DNA from: Bacteroidales bacterium
GTDB lineage: Bacteria; Bacteroidota; Bacteroidia; Bacteroidales; UBA7960
Direction: 5' to 3'
NCBI GenBank assembly: GCA_003550725.1
Contig: PUKZ01000097.1
Span: forward strand, 5,884 to 69,883
DNA: 64,000 nucleotides
Of the stretch, positions 50,935-61,238 are shown piece after piece. The position numbers and the translations under genes were made by a program. Under the pieces are notes generated by a model. That model was not told the DNA's origin. It made no database searches and saw only the letters and a list, made by a program, of their open reading frames with translations. Numbering within the stretch: the first letter of the stretch is position 1; every line of letters begins with the position of its first letter.

Positions 50935-51816
50935 ATGGATAAAGATAGTATTGTTTTGTATCCTGGTTGTAGTTTGGAAACCAGTTCGTCTCATTACCTT
51001 CAAAGTTTAAAAACGGTATTTGGTGTGTTGGATATACCGTTTAGGATTTTGGACAACTGGAATTGTTGTGGAGCTACATCCGTTAAATCAATAGATGAAC
51101 ATTTAAATTTATTGCTAAGTTTTAAAAACCTGGCTTTAGCTGAAAATCAAGGTTTTAGGGAACTTGTCGTGCCATGTGCATCTTGTTATTTCAGATTGTT
51201 AGGAGCTGAATATGAGCTTAATAAAGATAATAAGCTGTGCGAGGATTTAAACAAAAAAAGTGATCTTCCTTATAAAGGTAAAGTTAAAGTCAGAAATATA
51301 CTTGACTTTTTTGTAAATGTAGCCGGCCTTGATCTTATTTCTGAACATGTTAAAATGCCGCTTAAAGGGCTTACTATAGCTTGTTATTACGGGTGTCTTA
51401 ACACTCGCGTACCGGTGGAAAAAGCTTTTGATGTACGTGAATACCCCAAAACCATGGATAATATTGTGAGGACACTGGGGGCAAATGTGGTTGACTGGTC
51501 TTATAAAACCGATTGCTGTGGAGCAAGTTTGTTTATTACTGTAAATTCAATTGCAGAAAAGCTGGTGGGGAAAGTGTTGAAGGATGCCAGCTTAAGGAAG
51601 GTTGATTGTGTTACTGTTTCCTGCCCTATGTGTCAAACCAATTTGGATACCAAACAAAGTATAATACGGAAAAAATATTCTATAGAACATCCAATACCTG
51701 TGCCTTTTATCACCCAGTTGATGGGTTTGGCCTTCGGATGTACCCCTAAAGAATTGGGACTGAAGAAAAATTTTGTTCCAATTGAATCAATTCTAGAAAA
51801 AAGTTCGGTAAACTAA
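50935..51816 (+). CDS. hdrB: Heterodisulfide reductase subunit B-like (two CCG domains)
   Basis: YPGC, WNCCG, PCASC, YYGC, DCCG, SCPMC. Confidence 0.92.
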   Translation: MDKDSIVLYPGCSLETSSSHYLQSLKTVFGVLDIPFRILDNWNCCGATSVKSIDEHLNLLLSFKNLALAENQGFRELVVPCASCYFRLLGAEYELNKDNKLCEDLNKKSDLPYKGKVKVRNILDFFVNVAGLDLISEHVKMPLKGLTIACYYGCLNTRVPVEKAFDVREYPKTMDNIVRTLGANVVDWSYKTDCCGASLFITVNSIAEKLVGKVLKDASLRKVDCVTVSCPMCQTNLDTKQSIIRKKYSIEHPIPVPFITQLMGLAFGCTPKELGLKKNFVPIESILEKSSVN

Positions 51817-51859
51817 TTTAAGACCAAAATTTTTAAAAATAAAAAGGAGCTTTATTATA

Positions 51860-54800
51860 ATGCATAATAAGCAAATAGGTTCAGTATTAGTTATAGGAGG
51901 AGGTATTGCGGGAATGCAGGCTGCAATTGACAGTGCCGAAATGGGCTATAAGGTTTACCTGCTCGAAAACAAGCCTTCTATTGGTGGTAACATGGCTAAA
52001 CTCGACAAGACATTTCCTACCAATGATTGCGCTATGTGTATGATATCTCCCAAGCTTGTTGAGGTAGGACGTCACTTAAATATTGAAATTATATCTTACT
52101 CAGAGCTTAAAAAGCTGGAAGGAGAAGCAGGAAATTTCACAGCTATAATTAATAAAAAAGCCCGTTATGTTGATGAAAATGAGTGTAATGGTTGCGGTGA
52201 ATGTGAGTTGGAGTGTCCTGTAGTTAGAAAAGATGAATTTAACGGAGAGTTATCAGACCGGAAAGCAATTTACCGTTTGTATCCCCAGGCAATACCTAAT
52301 GTATATACCATCGACAAGTCAACACCTCTGCCACCATGCAAAACAACCTGCCCTGCCGGGGTTAATGTGCAGGGATATACCGCACTTATTGCCAAGGGTA
52401 AATTTTTGGAGGCAGCTGATCTTATCAGGGAGAAAATGCCTTTTGTTGGTATTTGTGGCAGGATATGCCATCATCCATGTGAGTATAATTGCAACAGGAA
52501 AGAAATTGACGAATCTTTATCTGTACGTAATTTAAAGCGCTTCGTTGCTGATTATGAAAGAAAGCGCCTGGAAGCAGGGGATTTGCCAGACAGGCATAAT
52601 CAAGCTAAAAAAGATGATATTAATGGTTGTAATGAAAAAGTTGCTGTTGTAGGTGGGGGGCCTTCAGGTTTAACCTGTGCTTATGACCTGTTGAAAAAAG
52701 GATATAAAGTTACCGTATTTGAAGGCAGCGATAAGCTGGGAGGAATGATGCGTACAGGTATCCCTGATTACAGGCTGCCCAAAGACTATCTCGACTATGA
52801 GATCGGGTTAATGCTTGATGAGGGTATAGAAGTTCAATATGGGCAAGTACTGGGAAAAGATTTCACCATTCAACAGCTTAAAAAGCAAGGATACAGGTCA
52901 GTGTATATTTCGCTGGGAGCTCAAAACGCAAAACAAATACCGCTTGATACAACCGGTGGTAAAGGAGTGATTTATGGTATTCCCTTTCTTAAGCAAATCA
53001 GTGAAGGTAAAAAGCCTTCAGTGGGTTCGAAAGTTGCTGTTATCGGGGGAGGTAATGTTGCTGTTGATGTAGCTCGTTCGGTTGTTCGTATGGGCTCTGA
53101 AGTTACTATCGTTTATAGGCGCAGCAAAGAAGAGATGCCTGCACATTCGTGGGAAATAGATGAAGCCATTGAGGAAGGCGTTCAAATAGAAAACTCATGG
53201 TCGCCTAAAAAAGTCATATTTGAAGATGGAAAGGTTATTGGACTGGAGGTTGAAAAATGTGTTACTATATATAAAAGCAACGGAAAACGTTCGTTGAAGA
53301 CCGACCCAGATCAAACGAAAATTATTGCCGCAAATACTGTTATACCTGCTACAGGTCAGGAATGTGATCTTTCAGGACTTGATTCTTCGATAAATACAGA
53401 TAAAGGTTGGATATGTGTTGACCCCTTAACCCTTGAATGTTCTGAAGAAGGGGTGTTTGCAGGGGGAGATATGGTTACCGGGCCTTCATCTCTGGTGGAG
53501 TCAGTAGCCCAGGGACACCGCGCTGCAGAATCTATCCATCGTTACGTTAATAACAGGGATTTAAGATCGGGCAGAAAAGAGCCGGCCGGCGATAATGATG
53601 TTGCAGGTATTCCTGACAGGGCAGATAGAAATATTGCACAACGAGTAAGGCCATTATCTGTAAAAGCTGAAGTCAGAAATAAGAATTTTGAGGAGATAGA
53701 AAGTACTTTTACAGAGGAAGAAGCTGTAAAAGAAGCCCAAAGATGTTTACAGTGTGCAAGTTGTGCTGAGTGCATGGAGTGTGTGCGCATATGCAAAGCT
53801 GAATGTGTTATACATGATCAAAAAGATGAAATAACTCAAATTAATGTTGGCACGGTTATAGCTACCGGTGGGTTTGTACCGTTTGATGCAAAACAAAAAC
53901 CCGAATATGGATTTGGTATATATCCCAATGTGGTTACCAGTATACAGTTTGAACGTATATTAAGTGCTTCCGGGCCCTATGAAGGTCATATAACAAGACC
54001 CTCTGACGGCAAAGCACCAAAAAAAATAGCCTGGATACAATGTGTCGGTTCAAGAGATGTGACTCCTACAGGTAATGATTATTGTTCTTCTGTATGTTGC
54101 ATGTATGCTCTTAAAGAGGCTATGGTTGCCAAAGAGCATGATCCCGAAATTCAACCCTATATTTTTTATATTGATATAAGGGCTTTTGGTAAAGGTTTTG
54201 AAAGTTTCTACAAGCAAGCCCGATATGAGTCAGGAGTTAAGTTTGTGCGTAGTCAAATATCTTCTGTTAAAGAGAACCCGCTCAATAAAAGCCTTCGGCT
54301 TACTTATATTGAAGACAGAATATTTAAAGAAGAAGAGTTTGATATGGTAGTGCTTTCGGTTGGTTTATTATCCAATCCTGACAACATAAGTATTAGTGAT
54401 ATACTAAACATCGAACAAAACCAATTTGGATTTTTTAAAGAGGAATCATTGAAACCACTTATTTCTACGCGCAAAGGGATTTATCTGTGCGGAGCAGGCA
54501 ATGGCCCAAGCGATATCCCGGAATCGGTTACACAGGGAAGCTCCGCTGCTTCATTAGGTAGCGAACTTCTCAGGGATGTTAGAAATACAGAAATATCTGC
54601 AAAAAAATATCCTATCGAGAAGAATGTGGAAAAAGAGAAAGCGAGAATAGGAGTATTTATCTGCCATTGTGGTATAAATATCGCTTCAGTGGTTGATGTT
54701 GAAGCCGTTGCCAAATATGCCAGAAACTTACCGGGAGTTGTTTACGCCGAACATACAATTTATAATTGTTCGCAGGATACACAAAAGCGAATGAAAGAAA

Positions 54801-56305
54801 TTATTGCCGAACAAAACCTCAACAGGGTTGTTGTAGCATCCTGTACCCCGCGTACTCACGAAGGTTTGTTTCAGGAAACCCTTAGAGAAGCCGGACTGAA
54901 TAAATATCTTTTTGAAATGACCGATATACGCGAACAATGTTCGTGGGTACATCAAAAAGAGCCCAAATTAGCAACAGAAAAAGCTAAAGCATTAGTTAGG
55001 GGAAGTGTTGGAAAAGCAAGATATCTTGAACCCCTGCAACTGAAAACAATATCCGTAAATAAAAACGCTATGGTTGTGGGAGGTGGTATAACTGGTATGA
55101 CTGCTGCACTATCTTTGGCAAGACAAGGTTTTAGAGTTTATCTTATTGAAAAGGAGAATGAATTGGGCGGTAACCTGGTCTTTTTGAATAAAGAGCTGTA
55201 TGGAGAAGACTGGCAGATGTTTTTGAAAAATAAAATCAGGGAAGTGAATGAAAATGAATTAATAGAAATACATCTGAACAGTAATATAAAATCTGTCAAC
55301 GGATCAATAGGAAATTTTACGACTACCTTGGATGATGGTAAAACTGAGATCCATCACGGCATAATTATCATTGCTACAGGTGCAAAAGAATATGAAACCA
55401 AAAACTTCCTGTATGGAAAAAATAAAAATGTTATTACACAAAGAAATTTTGAGTTTGAACTGGATAAAAAAGAAAAATTCGGAACGGTTGTAATGATACA
55501 ATGCGTTGGTAGCAGGGATGACGAAAATAATTATTGTTCAAGGGTATGTTGTAGTGAAGCTATTAAAAATGCTATCAATATAAGGGAGAAAGACCCCGGA
55601 TCTAATGTATATATTCTTTACAGAGATATCAGAACATATACGATTCGTGAAATTTTTTACCGCAAAGCAAGAGAATTAGGGGTAAAATTCATCCATTTTC
55701 CTGATAAACAATATCCGGAAGTTAAAGAAAAAGGAGATAAACTACTTATCACCCTAAAAGACACGGTGTTAAATGAGGAGGTATCAATAAATTGTGATCT
55801 GCTTTTGTTAAGTGCAGGTATTCAGGCAACAAAAGAGTCAAATAGTCAACTGGCTGAATTGATGAAGCTTCCTATGGATGAACATGGCAATTTTATGGAA
55901 GCACATGCTAAACTTCGCCCTGTTGATTGTGCCAATGAGGGGATGTTTATATGCGGATTGGCTCATTCTCCCAAAAATACGGAAGAGAACATTATGCAGG
56001 GGGTTGCTGCAGCAGGCAGGGCAGCAACTATATTATCAAAAGATACCCTTGAAGTAGGAGGGGTGGTATCGGTGATTGAAGAAGAAAAATGTGCATCATG
56101 TCTTACATGCATCAGGGAGTGTATATTTAATTCACCATTTATTAATGAAAACGGGAAAGCTGAAATTGACCCGGCTAAATGCCAGGGATGTGGTAATTGT
56201 GCCGCTGCCTGTCCAGCTAATGCCATACAATTGCTGACTTTTACCGATGAACAGGAAAACGCCCTGTTTAAAAATATTTTGTCAAAAGATGAAACCTTTA
56301 TCTAA
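51860..56305 (+). CDS. hdrA: Large HdrA-like flavoprotein: two HdrA modules with an inserted GltD-like NAD(P)H oxidoreductase domain
   Basis: LDKTFPTNDC, two IQCVGSRD/YCS.VCC motifs, CHCG.NI, IREQCSWVH, GltD-like PCKTTCP/CGRICHHPCE/GGGNVA/YRR, several ferredoxin motifs; 1481 aa. Confidence 0.92.
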   Translation: MHNKQIGSVLVIGGGIAGMQAAIDSAEMGYKVYLLENKPSIGGNMAKLDKTFPTNDCAMCMISPKLVEVGRHLNIEIISYSELKKLEGEAGNFTAIINKKARYVDENECNGCGECELECPVVRKDEFNGELSDRKAIYRLYPQAIPNVYTIDKSTPLPPCKTTCPAGVNVQGYTALIAKGKFLEAADLIREKMPFVGICGRICHHPCEYNCNRKEIDESLSVRNLKRFVADYERKRLEAGDLPDRHNQAKKDDINGCNEKVAVVGGGPSGLTCAYDLLKKGYKVTVFEGSDKLGGMMRTGIPDYRLPKDYLDYEIGLMLDEGIEVQYGQVLGKDFTIQQLKKQGYRSVYISLGAQNAKQIPLDTTGGKGVIYGIPFLKQISEGKKPSVGSKVAVIGGGNVAVDVARSVVRMGSEVTIVYRRSKEEMPAHSWEIDEAIEEGVQIENSWSPKKVIFEDGKVIGLEVEKCVTIYKSNGKRSLKTDPDQTKIIAANTVIPATGQECDLSGLDSSINTDKGWICVDPLTLECSEEGVFAGGDMVTGPSSLVESVAQGHRAAESIHRYVNNRDLRSGRKEPAGDNDVAGIPDRADRNIAQRVRPLSVKAEVRNKNFEEIESTFTEEEAVKEAQRCLQCASCAECMECVRICKAECVIHDQKDEITQINVGTVIATGGFVPFDAKQKPEYGFGIYPNVVTSIQFERILSASGPYEGHITRPSDGKAPKKIAWIQCVGSRDVTPTGNDYCSSVCCMYALKEAMVAKEHDPEIQPYIFYIDIRAFGKGFESFYKQARYESGVKFVRSQISSVKENPLNKSLRLTYIEDRIFKEEEFDMVVLSVGLLSNPDNISISDILNIEQNQFGFFKEESLKPLISTRKGIYLCGAGNGPSDIPESVTQGSSAASLGSELLRDVRNTEISAKKYPIEKNVEKEKARIGVFICHCGINIASVVDVEAVAKYARNLPGVVYAEHTIYNCSQDTQKRMKEIIAEQNLNRVVVASCTPRTHEGLFQETLREAGLNKYLFEMTDIREQCSWVHQKEPKLATEKAKALVRGSVGKARYLEPLQLKTISVNKNAMVVGGGITGMTAALSLARQGFRVYLIEKENELGGNLVFLNKELYGEDWQMFLKNKIREVNENELIEIHLNSNIKSVNGSIGNFTTTLDDGKTEIHHGIIIIATGAKEYETKNFLYGKNKNVITQRNFEFELDKKEKFGTVVMIQCVGSRDDENNYCSRVCCSEAIKNAINIREKDPGSNVYILYRDIRTYTIREIFYRKARELGVKFIHFPDKQYPEVKEKGDKLLITLKDTVLNEEVSINCDLLLLSAGIQATKESNSQLAELMKLPMDEHGNFMEAHAKLRPVDCANEGMFICGLAHSPKNTEENIMQGVAAAGRAATILSKDTLEVGGVVSVIEEEKCASCLTCIRECIFNSPFINENGKAEIDPAKCQGCGNCAAACPANAIQLLTFTDEQENALFKNILSKDETFI

Positions 56306-56411
56306 CATAGGTGAACCAAAGAGAATAAAACTTAACATAAGCGATTTAACAACCGGAGTGAGTAAATAATAGAGGGTATTAAATAACATATTGAAGCAAA
56401 AATATAAGTAG

Positions 56412-56843
56412 ATGGAAGGAAAAGAACCAAAAATAATAGCTTTTTGTTGTCATTATTGTGCATTTACGGCAGCCGACCTGGCCGGAACCATGCGTCAGCA
56501 ATATCCTACCAACATTCATATTGTGCGTTTGCCATGCACGGGAAAAGTGCATGTGAATATGTTGTTGCAGGCATTTGTCGATCAAGCTGATGGTGTTATA
56601 GTAGCAGGCTGCGAAATTGGTAGCTGCCATTTTCTTGAAGGAAATACCAGGGCAAGAAAAAGAGTAGCCCTTGCGAAACAGAAACTTGAAGAAGCAGGCG
56701 TTGACCCGGAAAAACTTGATATGTACTACATCCCTGCATCTGAAGGACAGCTTTTTGCTAAAACGGCACATGAGTTTACAGAAAGGATTAAACGCCTAAA
56801 TGAAAACAAAAAAGAACAACCCGGAATAACAAATAGCAAATGA
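56412..56843 (+). CDS. mvhD: MvhD/FlpD-like [2Fe-2S] subunit
   Basis: FCCHYC...AAD, RLPCTGKV, ADGV...GC..G.CHF..GN. Confidence 0.93.
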   Translation: MEGKEPKIIAFCCHYCAFTAADLAGTMRQQYPTNIHIVRLPCTGKVHVNMLLQAFVDQADGVIVAGCEIGSCHFLEGNTRARKRVALAKQKLEEAGVDPEKLDMYYIPASEGQLFAKTAHEFTERIKRLNENKKEQPGITNSK

Positions 56844-57042
56844 AACCTTCATTAACCTGTGATAGGTTAATTAAGTAAAAGCCATTAATAGTTATCCGTA
56901 ATTAAGTTTTTAAATATCAAAGTTTTAATACATTTTATTCAAAATATAAAAATAAATAAACCCGGTTGGAGATTTAAGATGTTTGGTTATTCACATAAAC
57001 ATTAGTAATAGATAATTTGACTAATATGAAGGAGGAAAAAAT

Positions 57043-57726
57043 ATGATTGTTGCCGAACAAAAGCCTTTTGAGCAAATATTTAATTCAGTAAAAAATTATG
57101 AGAACATCATGGTTTTGGGTTGTGGCACTTGTGTGACAGTTTGTATGGCCGGTGGCGAACATGAGGTTGGTGTTCTTACAAAACAATTAATACTTGCTGC
57201 CAAACAAAATAATGTCAATCTGAATGTTGAAGAGTTGACAATTACCCGCCAATGCGACAAGGAATTTTTTGATGAAAATACGACTAATAAGATAAAAGAG
57301 GCTGATGCCGTACTTTCATTGGGATGCGGTGTTGGTGTTCAATATATTGTTGAATTATTTCCGGATATGATCGTTAAGCCGGGTGTAAACACTAAGTTTT
57401 TAGGAGCTAATATTTCCCAGGGGTTATGGTCAGAACGCTGCGGGGGTTGTGGTGAATGTGTGTTGGATGAATATGAAGGCATTTGTCCTGTTGCCAGGTG
57501 TGCCAAAAGTTTGATGAACGGCCCTTGCGGAGGTTCTTCAAATGGTATGTGTGAAGTTGACCCGGAAAATATTGAATGTGCCGGACAGCTCATATACGAC
57601 CGGTTTAAGCGGCTTAATAAACTTGAAACATTACTGGAATTTAAACCGGCCAAGAATTGGTCTTTAAGTCGTGACGGAGGCCCGCGAAGAGTGGCAAGAG
57701 AAGAGATGATGTTTGATGATGAATAA
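57043..57726 (+). CDS. metV: Methylenetetrahydrofolate reductase Fe-S/Zn subunit MetV
   Basis: GCGTC..VC..GG, RQCD.EF, CGVGVQ, CGGCGEC.L....GICP..RC.KSL.NGPCGG...G.CEV. Confidence 0.92.
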   Translation: MIVAEQKPFEQIFNSVKNYENIMVLGCGTCVTVCMAGGEHEVGVLTKQLILAAKQNNVNLNVEELTITRQCDKEFFDENTTNKIKEADAVLSLGCGVGVQYIVELFPDMIVKPGVNTKFLGANISQGLWSERCGGCGECVLDEYEGICPVARCAKSLMNGPCGGSSNGMCEVDPENIECAGQLIYDRFKRLNKLETLLEFKPAKNWSLSRDGGPRRVAREEMMFDDE

Positions 57727-57834
57727 ATTATTTTTAAGCCTTTAAAATATTAAAGGTTTTTGCAGATCATTATCTGTTACTCTTTAACCACTGGCCGTCA
57801 ATCATAAATTAGTAAATATAAAAACATAATATTC

Positions 57835-58803
57835 ATGGACAAAAACAAAACAAGCTCAGATAGTCATTTAGAACAGGTTTTGTACTCAGGTGAGTTTACT
57901 TTAACCGGCGAATTGGGCCCGCCAAAAAGCGCCGACAAGAATGATATTATTGAAAAGGCAAAGTCTTTGAAAGGATATGTTGATGCATCTAATATCACTG
58001 ATAACCAAACTGCTATTGCGCGCATGTCTTCAATAGCATCGGGGGTTATTTCTCTTGAACAAGGACTGGAGCCTGTTATACAAATTACCACACGAGACAG
58101 AAACAGGCTGGCTATCCAGAGTGATGTGCTGGGTGCGGCTGCACTGGGTATTAAAAACATATTATGCTTGTCAGGTGATCATCAGTCTTTTGGAAATCAT
58201 CCGACGGCAAAAAATGTATTTGATATTGATTCCATTCAACTCATTAATATGCTTTATAAAATGAGGGAGGAGCAACAATTTGAATGTGGCGATATGATCA
58301 GAAACGGCAAAAAAGGTCCTGTTGTAGAACCAAAAATATTTATTGGTGCAGCAGCAAATCCTTTTGCTGAGCCTCTTGATTTCAGGGTAATGCGATTGGA
58401 AAAGAAGATCAGGGCAGGAGCTGACTTTATTCAAACCCAGGTGATCTATGATATGGATAGATTTAAACAGTGGATGGAAGAAGTAAAACAGAAAGATCTG
58501 CATAAAAAAGTCTATATCCTTGCCGGCATTACACCTTTAAAATCAGCACGAATGGCTAAATACATGAAGGATAATGTGTCAGGTATTTCCTTTACCGGCG
58601 ACATTATTGAAAGGATGGAAAAGGCTGAAGATCAAAAAGCTGAAGGCATACAAATTGCCCTTGAACAAATTGAAGAAATTAAAAGTATGGAAGGGGTACA
58701 CGGAGTGCATCTTATGGCTATAGGTGGCGAAAAGAGCGTTCCGGATATTGTTGAAAAAGCCGGGCTGATGCCACGCCCTTCTGTTAAAGAAATGAAAACC
58801 TGA
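57835..58803 (+). CDS. metF: Methylenetetrahydrofolate reductase flavoprotein, MetV-associated type
   Basis: TGELGPPK, NITDNQ.A..RMSS, RDRNRLAIQSD.LGA, LSGDH, GADFIQTQ, GVHLM. Confidence 0.93.
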   Translation: MDKNKTSSDSHLEQVLYSGEFTLTGELGPPKSADKNDIIEKAKSLKGYVDASNITDNQTAIARMSSIASGVISLEQGLEPVIQITTRDRNRLAIQSDVLGAAALGIKNILCLSGDHQSFGNHPTAKNVFDIDSIQLINMLYKMREEQQFECGDMIRNGKKGPVVEPKIFIGAAANPFAEPLDFRVMRLEKKIRAGADFIQTQVIYDMDRFKQWMEEVKQKDLHKKVYILAGITPLKSARMAKYMKDNVSGISFTGDIIERMEKAEDQKAEGIQIALEQIEEIKSMEGVHGVHLMAIGGEKSVPDIVEKAGLMPRPSVKEMKT

Positions 58804-58973
58804 TAATATTTAGCTGTTATCGCTATTATAACTAGGTTATAAATTTATCTATACCGACTTCTTCTCAGAAAATCTGTTATTTGTTTTGCAAGTTTTTATA
58901 TCTTTGTAAATACAGAAGATGATGTTTGACAACCAGCTGATAATGTGTCGGTTATTTGCAAAACTTCGTGTTT

Positions 58974-59522
58974 ATGAGATTTAAAAACATAAATAATAAT
59001 GTTTTTTTATTTTTTTTGATTTTGACATTACTGTGTATTTCCGAAAATGTCTTTACTATAAAAAATAATGAAATTTCCCCTAATAATGACCACCCAAATA
59101 ATTTGTTTTGGATTAAAGCCGGTTTAGGCGTGGGAGGCAGCAAGCAACATGATGGGATAGCGTTTGGTGCTAATTTGTCTTACCAAAAAGACTATCATTT
59201 ATTTTCTGTTCGTTCTGTTGCATACATTTGGCAGATTGGAATGTTTAGCTTGCCTGGTGGTGGCTTTATAGATGCCGGGGTTTTATACGGCAGAGTAGCA
59301 AAAAAGAAATATGGTTTTGCTTCATTGTCCGGAGGTTTAGCTGTTGCGAAAGGAAATCCAAACAGTGAAAACATTACAACCCTGGGGTTACCTTTAGAGA
59401 CACAGCTTTTTTTTACACCATTCTCTTTTTTGGGACTCGGCATTACCGGATTTGCAAATATAAACCCGGAGGAGTCATTTTACGGAGGGCTTATTTGTAT
59501 CCAAATCGGTGAATTAAGATAG
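58974..59522 (+). CDS. Hypothetical exported / outer-membrane beta-rich protein
   Basis: Signal-like N-terminus, Gly/aromatic alternating strands; TATCTTTG box at 58899-58906. Confidence 0.6.
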   Translation: MRFKNINNNVFLFFLILTLLCISENVFTIKNNEISPNNDHPNNLFWIKAGLGVGGSKQHDGIAFGANLSYQKDYHLFSVRSVAYIWQIGMFSLPGGGFIDAGVLYGRVAKKKYGFASLSGGLAVAKGNPNSENITTLGLPLETQLFFTPFSFLGLGITGFANINPEESFYGGLICIQIGELR

Positions 59523-59588
59523 CTTTTATAAGATATTATTATCTCTATTAATTTACCATTTTGTTGAAAATATGAAGGTTGACCGTTT

Positions 59589-60416
59589 TTAATCCCGTTT
59601 TTTTATGGCAAGAGGGTGTTTTAAACCTTTATGGCCTGTTAGCTCCATCTTGGCATAACCAACAATAACTCTTGATTCAAATAGAACAGGAACACTATTT
59701 TCATCATCAGATATCCACAATGTCATTGGCCAGGGTTGTTTAAATCCTGAGTCCTGAAGTATTTCAGGCTTAAATCGCATGGTTTTTATTTCGCCAATAT
59801 CTGTTTTAATTGTTTCCCTGCCTTCCATTATAATTTTTGTAGTGTAAATAGAGTCTTTAAACAGAAGGCTTACATCAAATTCATCGCCGGGCTGAACACT
59901 GGAAAAATCAAAAGTGCGCGCAAAATAAAAGGCCGAAATTACATCTTGTATATAGTCTGTTGTGTTTATTTTTTTATCTTCAAAATAAGCTTTGTTTCCG
60001 TTATGATCAAAAATTGTTTCCTCTTTCCTTTCATAACCACCCTCATATATATCCCTCATGAAGTACCAGGGCACAATGGCTTCTTCATCTATATATGTTT
60101 CATAGCGGTTATCGACTCTGAAGAACCAACTGAAAAAACGCCTTGATTTAACAGTACCGGCAATATGCATGGTGTTTCTTCCAAACATTTCAACATTATT
60201 CTCTCTGATCTCTATAGTTCCGTCACCTACCGTTACATAACCGGGTAAAAAACTGTCATAATAGAATTTATAATCAAGTTGTTCTCCCTTTTCAAAAGCA
60301 TTATTATCAACTTTGCGCATATTTTGAGCTGTCAGCGAAACAGGTGTCAGGCATGGCATTATAAACGCCATAATTGCTACTAAAAAAAGAGAATAATTTT
60401 TATTTTGCTTAATCAC
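59589..60416 (-). CDS. DUF3108-like exported protein
   Basis: AFEKGE.L.Y, FFRV..RYETYID, QDVISAFY..R, LWISDD....PV; GTG at 60416 gives a clean signal peptide. Confidence 0.75.
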   Translation of the reverse strand: MIKQNKNYSLFLVAIMAFIMPCLTPVSLTAQNMRKVDNNAFEKGEQLDYKFYYDSFLPGYVTVGDGTIEIRENNVEMFGRNTMHIAGTVKSRRFFSWFFRVDNRYETYIDEEAIVPWYFMRDIYEGGYERKEETIFDHNGNKAYFEDKKINTTDYIQDVISAFYFARTFDFSSVQPGDEFDVSLLFKDSIYTTKIIMEGRETIKTDIGEIKTMRFKPEILQDSGFKQPWPMTLWISDDENSVPVLFESRVIVGYAKMELTGHKGLKHPLAIKKRD

Positions 60417-60602
60417 AAGTATTGAATTTTGTTTTACAAAAAATATAATCAAAAACCGGTACAAAACATTAGTAAAACAATAACCATTCCAGTCGGATAC
60501 ATTTTATTAAAAAATTAAAAATTATTTTATTTACGGCATACTTTGTTAAGATATTATTAACCCGGTAATTATGATTTGACAGGGGAATAAGGAAAACAGA
60601 AT

Positions 60603-61238
60603 TTAATTTTGTGCCTTAAAAAAATCGAGCAGATCAGTAAACGAATCAAATTTGATTGCCTCTTCAGAGGAGTAACCAAAGCCATGGGAAATATGTATGA
60701 AGTCCATTCCTGCCAGGTTTGCCGCGGTTTCGTCGGCTTCAGTGTCGCCAACGTATACCGGGTTATTTAAAGAATAGCTACTTTTTAGTTTGGTAAGCAT
60801 CTCATGCTTTGGCTGACCCGACATGCCATGACAGTCAAAGCCGGTGAGTAACGGCCCTAAGCCGGAAAATTCAAGAAAAAGTTTCATATACCAGTCCTGA
60901 CAGTTACTTATCAGGAAAATTTTGTGTGAACCGGCGAGTATTTTTATACCCTCAATAACACCATCATAAAATATACCACCCTCAGATTTGACGGCTTTCA
61001 TTTCATATTTATTAAGCTTTTCCGGCAAATCCGGATATTGCTCCTGAAGCCCCGGTAAAAGTATTTCAACACATTTTTCATATGTATTACCGGCAACGCT
61101 TTCTATTTGCCCGGAAGTTACTTTTTTATCAATACCGAGCTTTGCCAAACCAATATTCCAGCCTTTAGCGCTTGCCGAAGAAGCATTCCATAACGTTCCG
61201 TCTATATCAAAAATGATAGCGTCATTGTTCATAATCAA
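60603..61238 (-). CDS. HAD-superfamily hydrolase (phosphoglycolate phosphatase-like)
   Basis: FDIDGTL, ISN, K, YVGDT..D motifs. Confidence 0.9.
   Translation of the reverse strand: MIMNNDAIIFDIDGTLWNASSASAKGWNIGLAKLGIDKKVTSGQIESVAGNTYEKCVEILLPGLQEQYPDLPEKLNKYEMKAVKSEGGIFYDGVIEGIKILAGSHKIFLISNCQDWYMKLFLEFSGLGPLLTGFDCHGMSGQPKHEMLTKLKSSYSLNNPVYVGDTEADETAANLAGMDFIHISHGFGYSSEEAIKFDSFTDLLDFFKAQN

Noticed and set aside
50352-57726. Selenocysteine recoding in hdr/mvhD/metV
   Set aside because: Usual Sec positions are Cys; the TGA stops of hdrC and mvhD fall at the expected protein ends.
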